64,000 nucleotides of DNA from a virus. Its lineage: Duplodnaviria > Heunggongvirae > Uroviricota > Caudoviricetes. This document shows positions 35,670 through 45,706 of this stretch, in pieces. Below the pieces are notes generated by a model that was not told the origin of the DNA, did no database searches, and worked only from the letters and a program-made list of their open reading frames with translations. Position 1 is the stretch's first letter; every line of letters starts with the position of its first letter. Made by a program: the position numbers and the translations under genes. The stretch is from IMG/VR virus record IMGVR_UViG_3300048573_000051, positions 15,996-79,995 of that record; one strand, written 5' to 3'.

Positions 35670-37967
35670 TTAATGGCACTGACCCCAATTCATACCGGGA
35701 ATGTACTCAAAGCCTAAGTCTACACGAAGTTTCAACTCTTGGCAAGCTTTTTTGATACCTTCTTCGATGCATTCTACAGGTACAGTCTTCATACCAACAT
35801 ACGCACCCTTCGAACCGTGACCAATAGCACTACAACCGGGATTAGCTTGAACGAATTCTTTTGCTTCTTCTTCAGTTGCAAACGATTTAATCTGCAGCAA
35901 ACTAGGATGACAAGCCATCTGTTGTTCATCATGCATGTGAATCAACCACCAGACTTTAACATCTTTCTTGGTATCTTTGAAAGGATCGCCAAGGATTCCA
36001 CGCTCTTCCATAGCCTGAGCTAAACGAACAGCAGACCACTTAGCAGCAATAGCACCACCAGACTGGAATAGAACGTTAATAAGGCTGTGTTTACTACGAG
36101 TTGATAGCAACCTACCATCAAGGCCCGGAATGCTCTTCTTGCCGCTTGCTTCCCATCGTTGCTCTACACGTTCTTTTAATTCTTTAAGTGCAGGTACAGC
36201 GTCCCAATATTCGTTAAACAAGCGTTGACCTTCAGCTTCACTAATGCCAAGCATCTTAGATAGCTTTTTAGGTTGTGCACCATAAATCGCAGCATAGGAA
36301 AAGGACTTTGCAGAGCTACGGTCAATTCCAAGTTTACGTGCGTTAATACTGTGAATGTCATTAGGCTTTTCTGCAACCAACGCTGCAGCTAAGTTTACAC
36401 CGTCAGTATAAGGCAGCACATAGTGACCCATTACTCGTGCCTCCAGTGAAGCAAAGTCGTAACCCAACTGCCATAGTCCCTTTCCGCTACCAAACAGTGT
36501 ACGCATTTGTTCACCGTACAGCGAAGTTACGCGAGGTACGTTACACACAATCTTATGGCGATAGCGTCCAGTGTTAGCACCTAAAGTATCTGCAGGAGTA
36601 GGCACACGACCATCTTCACGTACAGCACTTAGAAAACCTGTCATTGGTTCACCATCTTCATCCAAAGCACCACCAGCAATAGAATTCTTTCGGTGACGAT
36701 ATGTGTAGTAATGCACAACATCTTTTACGAACTCTGCTTTTTGACCTAGTGAGATAAGGTTAGGACAGATTTCTTTTTCTACACCTACAGTAAGCTTAGG
36801 AGTAGTAGGCAGGTAAATAGGTTTTGTACCGTTGATTTTCTTAATCAAGAATGCACGTAAGTTTTCCATACGAACATCCAGCAATTCTAAACGCAAGTCA
36901 CGAAACACTGAAGTTTCAGTTTGCTTGACATAGCGGTCAATAGCTTCAATGATGCCATCGTAATCTCTTACGCTCTTATCGGTCTTCTTAACGATATCGC
37001 GCTCTTTAACTTCAGATGGAACCCAACCCAAGGAAATCAGATAGCCTTTGACAACATCGATATCTTCAATGTCTGCCTCCTCTTCATTCTTTAGAGGCTC
37101 GTCTGTAGTAATAGGAAATACCTTACCTTCAAAGGTAATTGTCTTTTGGTCTTCTGAGATAACTGCAGAAGTTTTCTCGCAGAACTTCAGAAGGTTAGCT
37201 GACACTTCGCCGTTCTTTTTAAAACGAATCTTTGGCAACTGATAGAAACTTGCATTGGCTTGTGTCATGCGCTTTTTAGGCAGCAGTGGGTCTACAGTCT
37301 TCGCAATGTCTTGCATCAATGTAGTTAGTTCTGCAATGTTCTTATGTGCAAGCTCTACGTTAAAATCAAAACCGAATAGTTCTTGACGTAAGGTAAGATC
37401 AGTCAGCTTAACTTCCATGCTGTAAGGTGTATTCCAATCGTGCTTACCTTGCTCTTTGATAAGCTCGCTTAGAACTGAAGCATTAACGCTTGTATCTTGA
37501 ATACAGTAGTCTAGCATTTCTTGTGAGAAACGGTCCCACTCTGCAAAGTGAATCTTGTTGTTGCCCAAACGCTTACCCCAAGCATCAAGGCTGTGACCAC
37601 CAAGACGATCAGCATTCAGTAGTTTAGACCACAAAAGTGTATCTGTAATTTGAACAGGTTTACCAAACAGTGTACTAGGTTGACCGGGATAGCCTACAGT
37701 GTAGTCCAAGGCATCATACAGCATCAGTACAGGTAAGTCGAAAGCTACAATGTTATGTCCAATCAGTTCGGTGCAATCACTCAAAATACGACTGAGATTC
37801 TTCTTTGTGATCTCTTCTTTGACTAGTGATACTACAGCTTTGGTGTCTAGGTTACGCACGACCACGCACCAGACTTTGTAGTCAGGCTTTAACTGAAAAG
37901 GCATAGAGGTGTAATCCAAACCGTTTTGCAGCAAGTTCGTAGATTCGATGTCGATGATGTAACGCAT
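35670..37967 (-). CDS. DNA polymerase, family A (Pol I-like) with N-terminal 3-prime to 5-prime exonuclease
   Basis: 765 aa; N-terminal MRYIIDIESTNL exo motif; palm motif A LGYDFASLEARVMGHY and motif C HMHDEQQM typical of family A polymerases. Confidence 0.85.
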   Translation of the reverse strand: MRYIIDIESTNLLQNGLDYTSMPFQLKPDYKVWCVVVRNLDTKAVVSLVKEEITKKNLSRILSDCTELIGHNIVAFDLPVLMLYDALDYTVGYPGQPSTLFGKPVQITDTLLWSKLLNADRLGGHSLDAWGKRLGNNKIHFAEWDRFSQEMLDYCIQDTSVNASVLSELIKEQGKHDWNTPYSMEVKLTDLTLRQELFGFDFNVELAHKNIAELTTLMQDIAKTVDPLLPKKRMTQANASFYQLPKIRFKKNGEVSANLLKFCEKTSAVISEDQKTITFEGKVFPITTDEPLKNEEEADIEDIDVVKGYLISLGWVPSEVKERDIVKKTDKSVRDYDGIIEAIDRYVKQTETSVFRDLRLELLDVRMENLRAFLIKKINGTKPIYLPTTPKLTVGVEKEICPNLISLGQKAEFVKDVVHYYTYRHRKNSIAGGALDEDGEPMTGFLSAVREDGRVPTPADTLGANTGRYRHKIVCNVPRVTSLYGEQMRTLFGSGKGLWQLGYDFASLEARVMGHYVLPYTDGVNLAAALVAEKPNDIHSINARKLGIDRSSAKSFSYAAIYGAQPKKLSKMLGISEAEGQRLFNEYWDAVPALKELKERVEQRWEASGKKSIPGLDGRLLSTRSKHSLINVLFQSGGAIAAKWSAVRLAQAMEERGILGDPFKDTKKDVKVWWLIHMHDEQQMACHPSLLQIKSFATEEEAKEFVQANPGCSAIGHGSKGAYVGMKTVPVECIEEGIKKACQELKLRVDLGFEYIPGMNWGQCH

Positions 37968-38026
37968 GTCTTCCTTCCAAATAAATAAGCCCCAAGTCTA
38001 TCACAACTTGAGGCCCATGTCAACTA

Positions 38027-39745
38027 TCAATGATTGTTTAACCAGTCATCCAAGCTATGCAGTGTATGAGTGGCATTGTCGTAGTAGATAGAACCAGCAG
38101 GTCCAGTCAAACCGCATACACGATTCTTAGTTACGCTGATTTCAGTACTGTTACGTGTGATCTCACTTTCAGCCATCTTATCACGTTTTAGCAAGATATT
38201 AGCAGAAGCAGATTTGATAATCGTACTAGAACCCATGATGTTCTGTTCGCTATCAGCACCGTTTTGACCTGCAGGTGTCTTACGCATGTGGTTAATAAAG
38301 ATGAAAGTAATGCCGTGACTCTTAATAAAGCCTTTAGCCCACTTCATAAATTCCGCTTGCTCTTCGTTAGATAGACCATCCAAAATATCTTGCAGTGGGT
38401 CCAGTACGATTACTTTCGCACCACAAGCAGAAACTAACTCTTCAACAGTGTCTTGAATTTCTTCAATTGAACCATCGCGGTTATCTAGCAGATAGAAACG
38501 AGAATCACCATCTTCTTTAATGGTAAGTTCTTTTGCTTTTTCTACTACACGGTCTGTACTCAAGTAAGCCATCTTCTCGTCTTGGCTTTCGATTAGTGCA
38601 AGCTTCTTTTCAAGGTGTCGTGACAATAGCACTTCACCATATTGACCTGCATCTAATTCCATTGACACAATACCTACAGTGTGTGGAGAGTTAAAAATCC
38701 AGTAGTAAATCAATTCGTTTACCAGTGTAGTTTTACCAATGCCTGTATCTGCAGCAATGTTTACAATGTGACCTAGTGGCATACCACCAACGAACAACTC
38801 GTTAAGCTTTTGCATGAAAGGTGGAAACGGAATCTTGGCAACCGCAGTTTGACCCATGATTCGGTCATACAGTTTACTAGAAGCTAATACACCTACAGGA
38901 ACTTGCTTTTTAGCATCATAAAAATCATGAATGAACTCCTTTGCTTTGTCTTTTTCAAGATATTCGTTTGCGTCTTTATAACGCATTGGCATAATCTTGA
39001 CCTTACCTTTTGGTAGTACTTTAAGTAGTTGCTCTGTAGCAGTTTGACCAGCCTTATCATTGTCATATGAAATAACAATATTCTCAAACGAATCAAAGAA
39101 CCTGAATTGTCCTGCAATTTGTTTGTGCGAGTTAGCACCTGTAGTTGGAGACACTACAGCAGTTTCAAATACACCGCCTTTGGCTTCAGCATACTCAGAC
39201 AGCATTTGATATGCAGATAGTGCGTCAATTTCACCTTCGGTAATGATCACATATTTACCACCACGGTTAAATCGAAACTGCATGAACAACTCGCAGTCAG
39301 CCCCTGTTCGACCTTTGGAATAGAAATTCTTAGGTACTTCACGGACCTTGTAGCCTACCAATTGACCTTCTTGTGTGCAAGGGTAGTACTGCTCAATAAC
39401 TTCGCCTGTATCCTCTGCAAAAGCATGTCGTACACCAAACTTAGTGTAAACAGCATCATCAATACCACGAAAGCCTTTAGCCTTAACAGAAGTTTCAGAT
39501 TTAATCTCTGAATTCTCTTCTGGTGTAAGTGCAGGTTTTGTACTTGGTTTAACTTCCATGTTCTCTACTTCCTTTTTAACGCTAGAGCGAACTCTAGATG
39601 GTTTCTTTTGATTTGCTTCTTTGAACTCTTCAGATGGTATTGTATGCTCACAAACAAAACAGTGACTTGATTCGTCTTGATACACTGCTCTACCATCTGA
39701 ACTGCCGCATTTATCACAACTTGTATGCCTGATAAAATTCGCCAT
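38027..39745 (-). CDS. primase-helicase (zinc finger + TOPRIM + DnaB/gp4-like helicase)
   Basis: N-terminal CDKCGSSDG...CFVCEH zinc ribbon; TOPRIM-like ITEGEIDALS; Walker A GMPLGHIVNIAADTGIGKTT and helicase motifs. Confidence 0.85.
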   Translation of the reverse strand: MANFIRHTSCDKCGSSDGRAVYQDESSHCFVCEHTIPSEEFKEANQKKPSRVRSSVKKEVENMEVKPSTKPALTPEENSEIKSETSVKAKGFRGIDDAVYTKFGVRHAFAEDTGEVIEQYYPCTQEGQLVGYKVREVPKNFYSKGRTGADCELFMQFRFNRGGKYVIITEGEIDALSAYQMLSEYAEAKGGVFETAVVSPTTGANSHKQIAGQFRFFDSFENIVISYDNDKAGQTATEQLLKVLPKGKVKIMPMRYKDANEYLEKDKAKEFIHDFYDAKKQVPVGVLASSKLYDRIMGQTAVAKIPFPPFMQKLNELFVGGMPLGHIVNIAADTGIGKTTLVNELIYYWIFNSPHTVGIVSMELDAGQYGEVLLSRHLEKKLALIESQDEKMAYLSTDRVVEKAKELTIKEDGDSRFYLLDNRDGSIEEIQDTVEELVSACGAKVIVLDPLQDILDGLSNEEQAEFMKWAKGFIKSHGITFIFINHMRKTPAGQNGADSEQNIMGSSTIIKSASANILLKRDKMAESEITRNSTEISVTKNRVCGLTGPAGSIYYDNATHTLHSLDDWLNNH

Positions 39746-39753
39746 TTTACTCC

Positions 39754-40785
39754 TTATTCGTTTTTAAGTAACCATTTGTTGTTAATTGCCTTAAAGCTGC
39801 AATCATGCACAGTGTTACTCTTAAACACCAAACCTTCACGTTCACTGCCATTTAACAAAGACTTACCTTCAGCATGTTCTAATAGAATCTGAATAGTACA
39901 GTCTTTAATATTGGCAGTTTCTCTGATGATAGGCACATGCTTTAACCCAAGCTTTTCACACGCCGCTTTAAGCTGTACAGGTAAGATATATTGTCCTGTG
40001 TGGGTATTGTACATGTCGTAAACGTAGAAGTCAAGCTGTACTTTGTACTGATTTCCTTGGATACCTTCACCGATCATTTCACCTTGAATTGCCATACCCT
40101 TCATAAAATTACGGCGCATGATATCTTCAATATTAAACTTACGTGCTACTTTCCAGAATGAATTTGCTTCGTCTTCTTTCAAGTCTAAGTTACGTGAGCA
40201 TACATGGAATACACCTTCATCATCAAGATAGAATGTGGAAGAGGAGCCATCAAGCTTTTCCGTGATTGACCAAGTATCTTTTTGGTACTCTTCAAACTGT
40301 CGTGTCAAGTTTTGAATACGCTCTTGATCAGTCTTTGGTACTAGCGCAGGGAAATTACCTCGTGCCATACCAGCAAGTTGAGCGTTCATGGGGCGTTCCC
40401 ATTTGATAATACCAAGAATATCACTTACATCTGATCCTTCGAATTCATCAGGAGTTAGCCAATCTTCTTTTTGTACTTTCGTTAGTACATTTAATGGTAG
40501 CAACAAACCTTGTGAAATTTGACCACGTAGTTTTACTGTACGTAGGCGCTCACCCTTTACACCTTCAAATTCACGAGGCTCTTTACCTTTAGATAGGAAT
40601 GGTGCAATATCGTGACCTACCCACGAGTCAATTTCGATATACACGGCAAGTGAATCAACTGCAAATTCACCCTTCTTTACTACAACTTTCCAACCATCGA
40701 CTACAGCGACTTCAATAGCATCTGCACCTTCGATGGGTTCAATTGCTGCAATCTTACGAATAGTTGCTAATTTACGTTCTGTCAT
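39754..40785 (-). CDS. RNA ligase-like nucleotidyltransferase (Rnl5-like: N-terminal OB-type domain plus central KxDG motif)
   Basis: Motif I ITEKLDGSS in mid-protein; N-terminal MTERKLATIRKIAAIEPIEGADAIEVA resembles the N-terminal domain of the DraRnl-type RNA ligase family. Confidence 0.45.
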   Translation of the reverse strand: MTERKLATIRKIAAIEPIEGADAIEVAVVDGWKVVVKKGEFAVDSLAVYIEIDSWVGHDIAPFLSKGKEPREFEGVKGERLRTVKLRGQISQGLLLPLNVLTKVQKEDWLTPDEFEGSDVSDILGIIKWERPMNAQLAGMARGNFPALVPKTDQERIQNLTRQFEEYQKDTWSITEKLDGSSSTFYLDDEGVFHVCSRNLDLKEDEANSFWKVARKFNIEDIMRRNFMKGMAIQGEMIGEGIQGNQYKVQLDFYVYDMYNTHTGQYILPVQLKAACEKLGLKHVPIIRETANIKDCTIQILLEHAEGKSLLNGSEREGLVFKSNTVHDCSFKAINNKWLLKNE

Positions 40786-40796
40786 TTGTTTCTCCT

Positions 40797-41711
40797 TTAC
40801 ATGTCATCTTTATGTCGAATACCAACTAAAACCGGAAATCTAGGTACGGAGTATCCTGTGCCAACGTCAAAGTACTTAACCTTTGCAAGTTGACCCATCA
40901 GTGATTCTCTGCGTTCCCACAAGTCTTCTCGGATAGCATCAGTCATACCACTGCCACAACTGAATGTATCGCCTTTAGAGGTACGTAGAAGCAACGATCC
41001 CATTGTATCTAAGGCTACCATACCGTCTTTAGCTGTAGAGCGTTCTGTGCGGCCTAATTCATTGGTCTTTGCTTCATTGGTGTTGGTGTACTTAGGCTCC
41101 CAACCGATGATTTCAAATTCATTGTCTACAAAGCGTTTGACTTTCTGCAATTCTGGATTCTTAGTTCCAGATCGACCGCACTTATATTTAGCATCGGTAT
41201 CACGAATCATAACACCTTCTGCACCTTGAGCCAGCATTTCAGCTTCAAATTCATCAAGCTGTTCATCGCATGATATGGAATAGTGCGGCAATACTTCTAC
41301 TCGCAATGGTAAACGATCATCACGATCTATCTTAACCAAATGAGCGTAACGCTCTAACCAAGTAGATGTAGGATGAAAGCGGTCAAATACCCAAAAAGTA
41401 AAATCTGGTTCACCCTCAATACGCATAACTCCAGAAGTACTTTGGTTAAATACATCAGGTGCATTCTTATCACCAATGATTAGTTCACCATCTAGACCCT
41501 CCAGTAACCCACCTGTCCACTGGTTCTTAAAATAAGCTTGAATAAACTTATTTGGAATCGATTTAAGACTACGTGAATAAGCTACACCACCAAATACAAT
41601 GCAGCGAATACCGTCAAGCTTTTCAGACATATATCGGTTTGCTGGTTGTGTCTTAACCTTGGTTTGCTCGATTGCAAGTTGTGGCTTAAAGCCCTCTGGA
41701 ATTGTCATCAT
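40797..41711 (-). CDS. ATP-dependent DNA ligase (T7-like, minimal)
   Basis: Motif I SEKLDGIRC near the N-terminus; 304-aa size typical of phage ATP-dependent DNA ligases; replication module. Confidence 0.6.
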   Translation of the reverse strand: MMTIPEGFKPQLAIEQTKVKTQPANRYMSEKLDGIRCIVFGGVAYSRSLKSIPNKFIQAYFKNQWTGGLLEGLDGELIIGDKNAPDVFNQSTSGVMRIEGEPDFTFWVFDRFHPTSTWLERYAHLVKIDRDDRLPLRVEVLPHYSISCDEQLDEFEAEMLAQGAEGVMIRDTDAKYKCGRSGTKNPELQKVKRFVDNEFEIIGWEPKYTNTNEAKTNELGRTERSTAKDGMVALDTMGSLLLRTSKGDTFSCGSGMTDAIREDLWERRESLMGQLAKVKYFDVGTGYSVPRFPVLVGIRHKDDM

Positions 41712-42283
41712 CGTTCTCCATGTTGATCTGTATATTTTTGAAAATAGTCTCGATTTAAAATTTCAATAGCTGTTTTTCGAGCCTCATATGCTTTATTAAA
41801 AGCAACAGCATCTCCGTATTTTACTGCAGAAAACGAAAGGTTCATCTGTTCACCATTAATATTTTTCCAAGTTGCTCTCCAACTTTTATTTTTGGAGTCA
41901 TACGAAACACCTGTAATTCCTGAGCTATTGTTAGAATTTTTACTTCTATTTTGTAAATTTTCTCTGAAAGATTTTACACAAAGATTTTTTAAATTGTTAT
42001 TGTGTGCATTTCTGTCCATATGATCAATAACACAAGATTTATCAAAAATATCAAAATCAGGGTTAAACAGTTTCCAAATAATTCGATGTACAGCATAAGA
42101 TTTATTATCAAATGTAACTCGCCAACTCTGCGGTTTACCTGTTTTTCTAAATATTCTGTGTCCGGCAATATCATTAAAATGAGCAACTGTTTGTCTACCT
42201 TTTTGAGTAAGTTTGTTACATTTCCAACGTAGGCAACTTTCACTTGTCTCATCGTAATAAAAATAATCTTCAAATCTGATCAA
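41708..42283 (-). CDS. HNH-AP2 homing endonuclease
   Basis: VIDHMDRNAHNNNLKNLC HNH core followed by an AP2-like GITGVSYD...WRATW domain; paralogous to 53720..54301. Confidence 0.6.
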   Translation of the reverse strand: MIRFEDYFYYDETSESCLRWKCNKLTQKGRQTVAHFNDIAGHRIFRKTGKPQSWRVTFDNKSYAVHRIIWKLFNPDFDIFDKSCVIDHMDRNAHNNNLKNLCVKSFRENLQNRSKNSNNSSGITGVSYDSKNKSWRATWKNINGEQMNLSFSAVKYGDAVAFNKAYEARKTAIEILNRDYFQKYTDQHGER

Positions 42284-42392
42284 AACTAATCTCTCCCAGC
42301 TTTAAAAATGCGATACCGTTTGTTACCAATCTTCAAGTATAGACCAGCATGGTAGAAAATCTTAGGTGATTGCCAAATAAATTTAGGAAAAT

Positions 42393-42614
42393 TCATGCTT
42401 CGATCTCCTTAACTATTTTTCCGTTCGGTTTGTTCTTATGAACACTAGCTATTCTTAATTTACGTTCAAGCAACTTCTCTGCACTTCTGGCATCAGTAAG
42501 TCCGGTGTAAACGTTCTTCCAGAAAAACCAAACCTTTTGTTGTACGGAAAATGTCATTTCGTACTCACCACTCCAATTTTCAAAACGAGGTACTTCAATA
42601 ATACGAAATTTCAT
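42393..42614 (-). CDS. hypothetical protein
   Basis: 73-aa ORF; ATGA overlap with the upstream gene. Confidence 0.3.
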   Translation of the reverse strand: MKFRIIEVPRFENWSGEYEMTFSVQQKVWFFWKNVYTGLTDARSAEKLLERKLRIASVHKNKPNGKIVKEIEA

Positions 42615-42976
42615 TTAGTTTTCTCCTTGACTTTACTTTTGATAGCATCAAGCTCTTCTGCAAGCTTAAATTCAATAAGCTCTAATGTCTGCTTACCGAT
42701 TGTGCTTTCCATTACTTTTTCACCTGTGTACGCACCAGCCATCATCCACATTGTGCGTTCGCTTGGCAGAAATGCTCCGATTGTACCACAAGCTAGAATT
42801 ACAGCAATAGGCCATGAATAAAATTTACCTCTTTTATGCCAGTAGTCCGCATTGGCTAGTAAATAACCAACGACATATGCAGCGTAAAAAACAATCGTTG
42901 AGCCAACGATAAAACTTAGAAATTTTACAATGCTGGTAATAACACCAGCCAAATAAATTAGAAATACTAAACTCAT
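42611..42976 (-). CDS. membrane protein (3-4 TM)
   Basis: 121 aa, hydrophobic helices throughout. Confidence 0.35.
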   Translation of the reverse strand: MSLVFLIYLAGVITSIVKFLSFIVGSTIVFYAAYVVGYLLANADYWHKRGKFYSWPIAVILACGTIGAFLPSERTMWMMAGAYTGEKVMESTIGKQTLELIEFKLAEELDAIKSKVKEKTK

Positions 42977-43111
42977 TGTGCCACCACCTGTAAAATCATG
43001 TTAATACCTTGGATGATCATCTGTTGCTCCATTGGGTTCAACTGATGCCATGTACGTTTGTCGCCAAACTTTGTAGCTACTGTAGACCAAAACTGCTCTA
43101 CATCTGATTGA

Positions 43112-43543
43112 TTACTCATTATTTTCCCCTAAAGTTACAGTTCCTGTTCTATACACAAGTTCTTTCTTGAATAGCATCTCAACGTAAGTACCTCTGATCT
43201 GCGTTTGAGTCTCAAGTATAGCACGAATATGGTCAATAGCCATCTCGCACAAGTAAATATAAACACCGTGTGGGATATGCTCACCGTTCTTACCATAAGA
43301 CTTCCACACAAAGTTCCTACGAATAGTCTCAAAAGGATCACTCAGGTACACATCCATTGCTGTAGCAGGTGTTGTATTTACGCTACGGCGCAAGTAATCA
43401 TTGCCACCGTCTACAATGTAGACTTCACCAGATACTTTATCTAAGTGCTCTTTGTAGTCATGTCGGTTATAGCTACGCAGGTATGTACCATCGGGTGTCA
43501 TGATAGCGTTGCAAATGATAGTTTCAGTAGTCATCTTCGTCAC
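43112..43543 (-). CDS. hypothetical protein
   Basis: 143-aa ORF. Confidence 0.35.
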   Translation of the reverse strand: MTKMTTETIICNAIMTPDGTYLRSYNRHDYKEHLDKVSGEVYIVDGGNDYLRRSVNTTPATAMDVYLSDPFETIRRNFVWKSYGKNGEHIPHGVYIYLCEMAIDHIRAILETQTQIRGTYVEMLFKKELVYRTGTVTLGENNE

Positions 43544-43730
43544 TCCATGTTTCTACAACTTCAGGGTCATGTGCTGTTGGATCAAAGAATTGTAATGCAT
43601 CTTTGATAGCTTCAGCTTCATTGCACACATCATCAATCACCAGTGTTTCTTCAACTTTAATAGTTACAAAATATCTCATAGTTCCTCCAAACTTTAAAAC
43701 AATAAAAGGGGAGCCGAAGCCCTCCCTGTA

Positions 43731-44531
43731 TTACTTACCGATCGAAACCATTCCCTTGAAATCCATCGGTACAACAATTGTATTTACACGCCCTGCTGCA
43801 ATGCCTTCTGCAATCTTCATTTGTGCTTGCGCTTGCATATAAGCAATAGACTGACCAGAGTTAGAACTTAGTGCAGCCATACGCTCGGATTCTTTCTTAG
43901 CAATATCAACTTCAGTTTGCTTAATCTTTAGTTCATTCTGCGCACGAACATAGTTGGTAGCAGACTGCAAAATTTCAGCATTGGGTAGAATGTTACGCAC
44001 TTGCACAACTGTTAGTGATACAGCGTTGTCCAACTTTTCAGCTTTCAGTTGCTCATTTACAGTATCACGGATTTGCTCTTCAATCTTAGCACGATTGTCT
44101 GCAACCTCAAGTGACTTATAACCACGGATTACTTTATATGCAGCATTATTAGTCAATGTAGACATATAATTGTACATCAAGAAAATATCACCTTTACTTT
44201 CAGCATGAAATGATCGACTCTTAGTTGAGTACAGTTCAGATACAGACGTTGAATTTAGACCGTACACAATTGTAATATCAAAGTCAGCGAGAGCACTATT
44301 ATCTGCAGTCATTGGTGTTTTATTGTCTAGGTTAATTGAGATATCTTTTGTTGGAAATGTCAAAATAGAGCCAACTAAAGTTTGATTCCAAGTTCCCGGT
44401 TGCAGTTCTGTACCTTCAATTTGCTTTGATGCATTGACCCGTACACCGACTTCGCCAGTCTCAATGCGAGTGCAACCCACAGAAGCCAAAGCAACTGCAA
44501 CAGCAAGAATAACACTTTTAATAAATTTCAT
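43731..44531 (-). CDS. SPFH/band-7 (stomatin/prohibitin-like) lipoprotein
   Basis: Start revised to MKFIKSVILAVAVALASVGC (signal peptide with lipobox LASVGC; AGGAG RBS); the body has an SPFH-like beta-rich then long coiled-coil architecture ending in a Gln/Ala-rich helix. Confidence 0.5.
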   Translation of the reverse strand: MKFIKSVILAVAVALASVGCTRIETGEVGVRVNASKQIEGTELQPGTWNQTLVGSILTFPTKDISINLDNKTPMTADNSALADFDITIVYGLNSTSVSELYSTKSRSFHAESKGDIFLMYNYMSTLTNNAAYKVIRGYKSLEVADNRAKIEEQIRDTVNEQLKAEKLDNAVSLTVVQVRNILPNAEILQSATNYVRAQNELKIKQTEVDIAKKESERMAALSSNSGQSIAYMQAQAQMKIAEGIAAGRVNTIVVPMDFKGMVSIGK

Positions 44532-44545
44532 AAATACTCCTTTAA

Positions 44546-44722
44546 TTAAAACAAAATAACAATGCCAGCCAGAATTGACACAGCAATGAATCCGAAGAAT
44601 AGCAAGTATAGCACAGTTTTTACTGCTTTCCACTTTGCAGATGCATCTGATTCTTTAAAAAAGAAAAATACTCCTGCTACGATCAGCGTTACCAATGCTA
44701 GTACAAAAATTAGTTTGATCAT
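44546..44722 (-). CDS. small 2-TM membrane peptide translationally coupled upstream of the SPFH gene
   Basis: 58-codon ORF MIKLIFVLALVTLIVAGVFFFFK...; its ATG overlaps the stop of 44719..44964 (ATGA); it ends 15 nt before the SPFH start; not in the ORF track (under 60 aa). Confidence 0.35.
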   Translation of the reverse strand: MIKLIFVLALVTLIVAGVFFFFKESDASAKWKAVKTVLYLLFFGFIAVSILAGIVILF

Positions 44723-44964
44723 TCGTTAGTCTCCTTAAATAATTTCAGAACTTCCCTTACTGCAGGTACATACATGTCAGCTTTTTCATTCCATGACCAA
44801 CCTTCATTAAGAAAGATATTTTCGATTTGCTCGTCTGTAAGGTCAACAAAGGATTTTAACTCAGCTTTAGCTTTGCCGTATGCTTTACCACCAGCAAATG
44901 CAACATCTAAACAGATTTGAAACTGCTGGATAGTTTTTGGTAAACTTGTTGCTTTAACTTTCAT
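44719..44964 (-). CDS. hypothetical protein
   Basis: 81-aa ORF. Confidence 0.35.
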   Translation of the reverse strand: MKVKATSLPKTIQQFQICLDVAFAGGKAYGKAKAELKSFVDLTDEQIENIFLNEGWSWNEKADMYVPAVREVLKLFKETNE

Positions 44965-45482
44965 ACATTCTTCTCCTTGAGTTTGGCTTCAATGGCTTTA
45001 ACAAAGGCCTTGGTCTCTGGAAAACTAACAAGCACACCACTACGAACAACAAGTGTCGGCATCTCACCATCCGTCAGTCCAACCCATTGACGCTGTGCTG
45101 CGGGTGGGGTGGTGAGCGCAGCGTACAAATCACGAAGCACAAGTCTAAGATCGGCTTGCTGAGGTGAGTTTAGGCACTTCAGCGTTCGCTCAACTGCATT
45201 TCGATGAATGTGCAGCACATCTAATGGATGAGGCTCCTGCACAGGTGATGTATGTTTTGCAATCACTGCAACAAGTTCAGCTTTATCCTCTGCACTCCAA
45301 TTTGCCATTTCCGCTGTAATTGGTCCTGCACTGAGAACTGGTGCTGCTTGCATAACATCTAACAAGGCAAGCCTACGCATTTCACCTTCTCGCTCTAGTC
45401 TTTCATTACGCGCACGTAACAGACGATTTTCTTGCTCTAGTTCGTCAATTTCATTTTGCATACGTTCTTCTGCTGTACTCAT
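44961..45482 (-). CDS. hypothetical coiled-coil protein, compositionally atypical (about 50% GC)
   Basis: 173 aa; N-terminal heptad-rich ELEQENRLLRARNERLERE; markedly higher GC than its neighbours. Confidence 0.4.
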   Translation of the reverse strand: MSTAEERMQNEIDELEQENRLLRARNERLEREGEMRRLALLDVMQAAPVLSAGPITAEMANWSAEDKAELVAVIAKHTSPVQEPHPLDVLHIHRNAVERTLKCLNSPQQADLRLVLRDLYAALTTPPAAQRQWVGLTDGEMPTLVVRSGVLVSFPETKAFVKAIEAKLKEKNV

Positions 45483-45484
45483 AA

Positions 45485-45706
45485 TTATCCTTTAATCTGA
45501 GGTTTCCATGTACAAGTTGCTTCACTTGCGTACCATCCAAGGTGTTCTTTGTGATCTTGTATCTCTTGTTGATCAGGCCAACCAAGGGCATATTGCCAAG
45601 CATGATGTTCATTCATAGCAAGACCAAGCCATCTTAGACCATCAGGTGCAACAATCACCCACGGAAACATTGGTTTATCGTGTTTGAAGTTTGATTGTTT
45701 GTTCAT
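45485..45706 (-). CDS. hypothetical protein
   Basis: 73-aa Trp-rich ORF. Confidence 0.3.
   Translation of the reverse strand: MNKQSNFKHDKPMFPWVIVAPDGLRWLGLAMNEHHAWQYALGWPDQQEIQDHKEHLGWYASEATCTWKPQIKG

Noticed and set aside
43731-44633. Long version of the SPFH ORF starting MESSKNCAIL...
   Set aside because: It would overlap the coupled small membrane-peptide ORF. The internal Met followed by a signal peptide and lipobox, with an AGGAG RBS, is the biologically sensible start.
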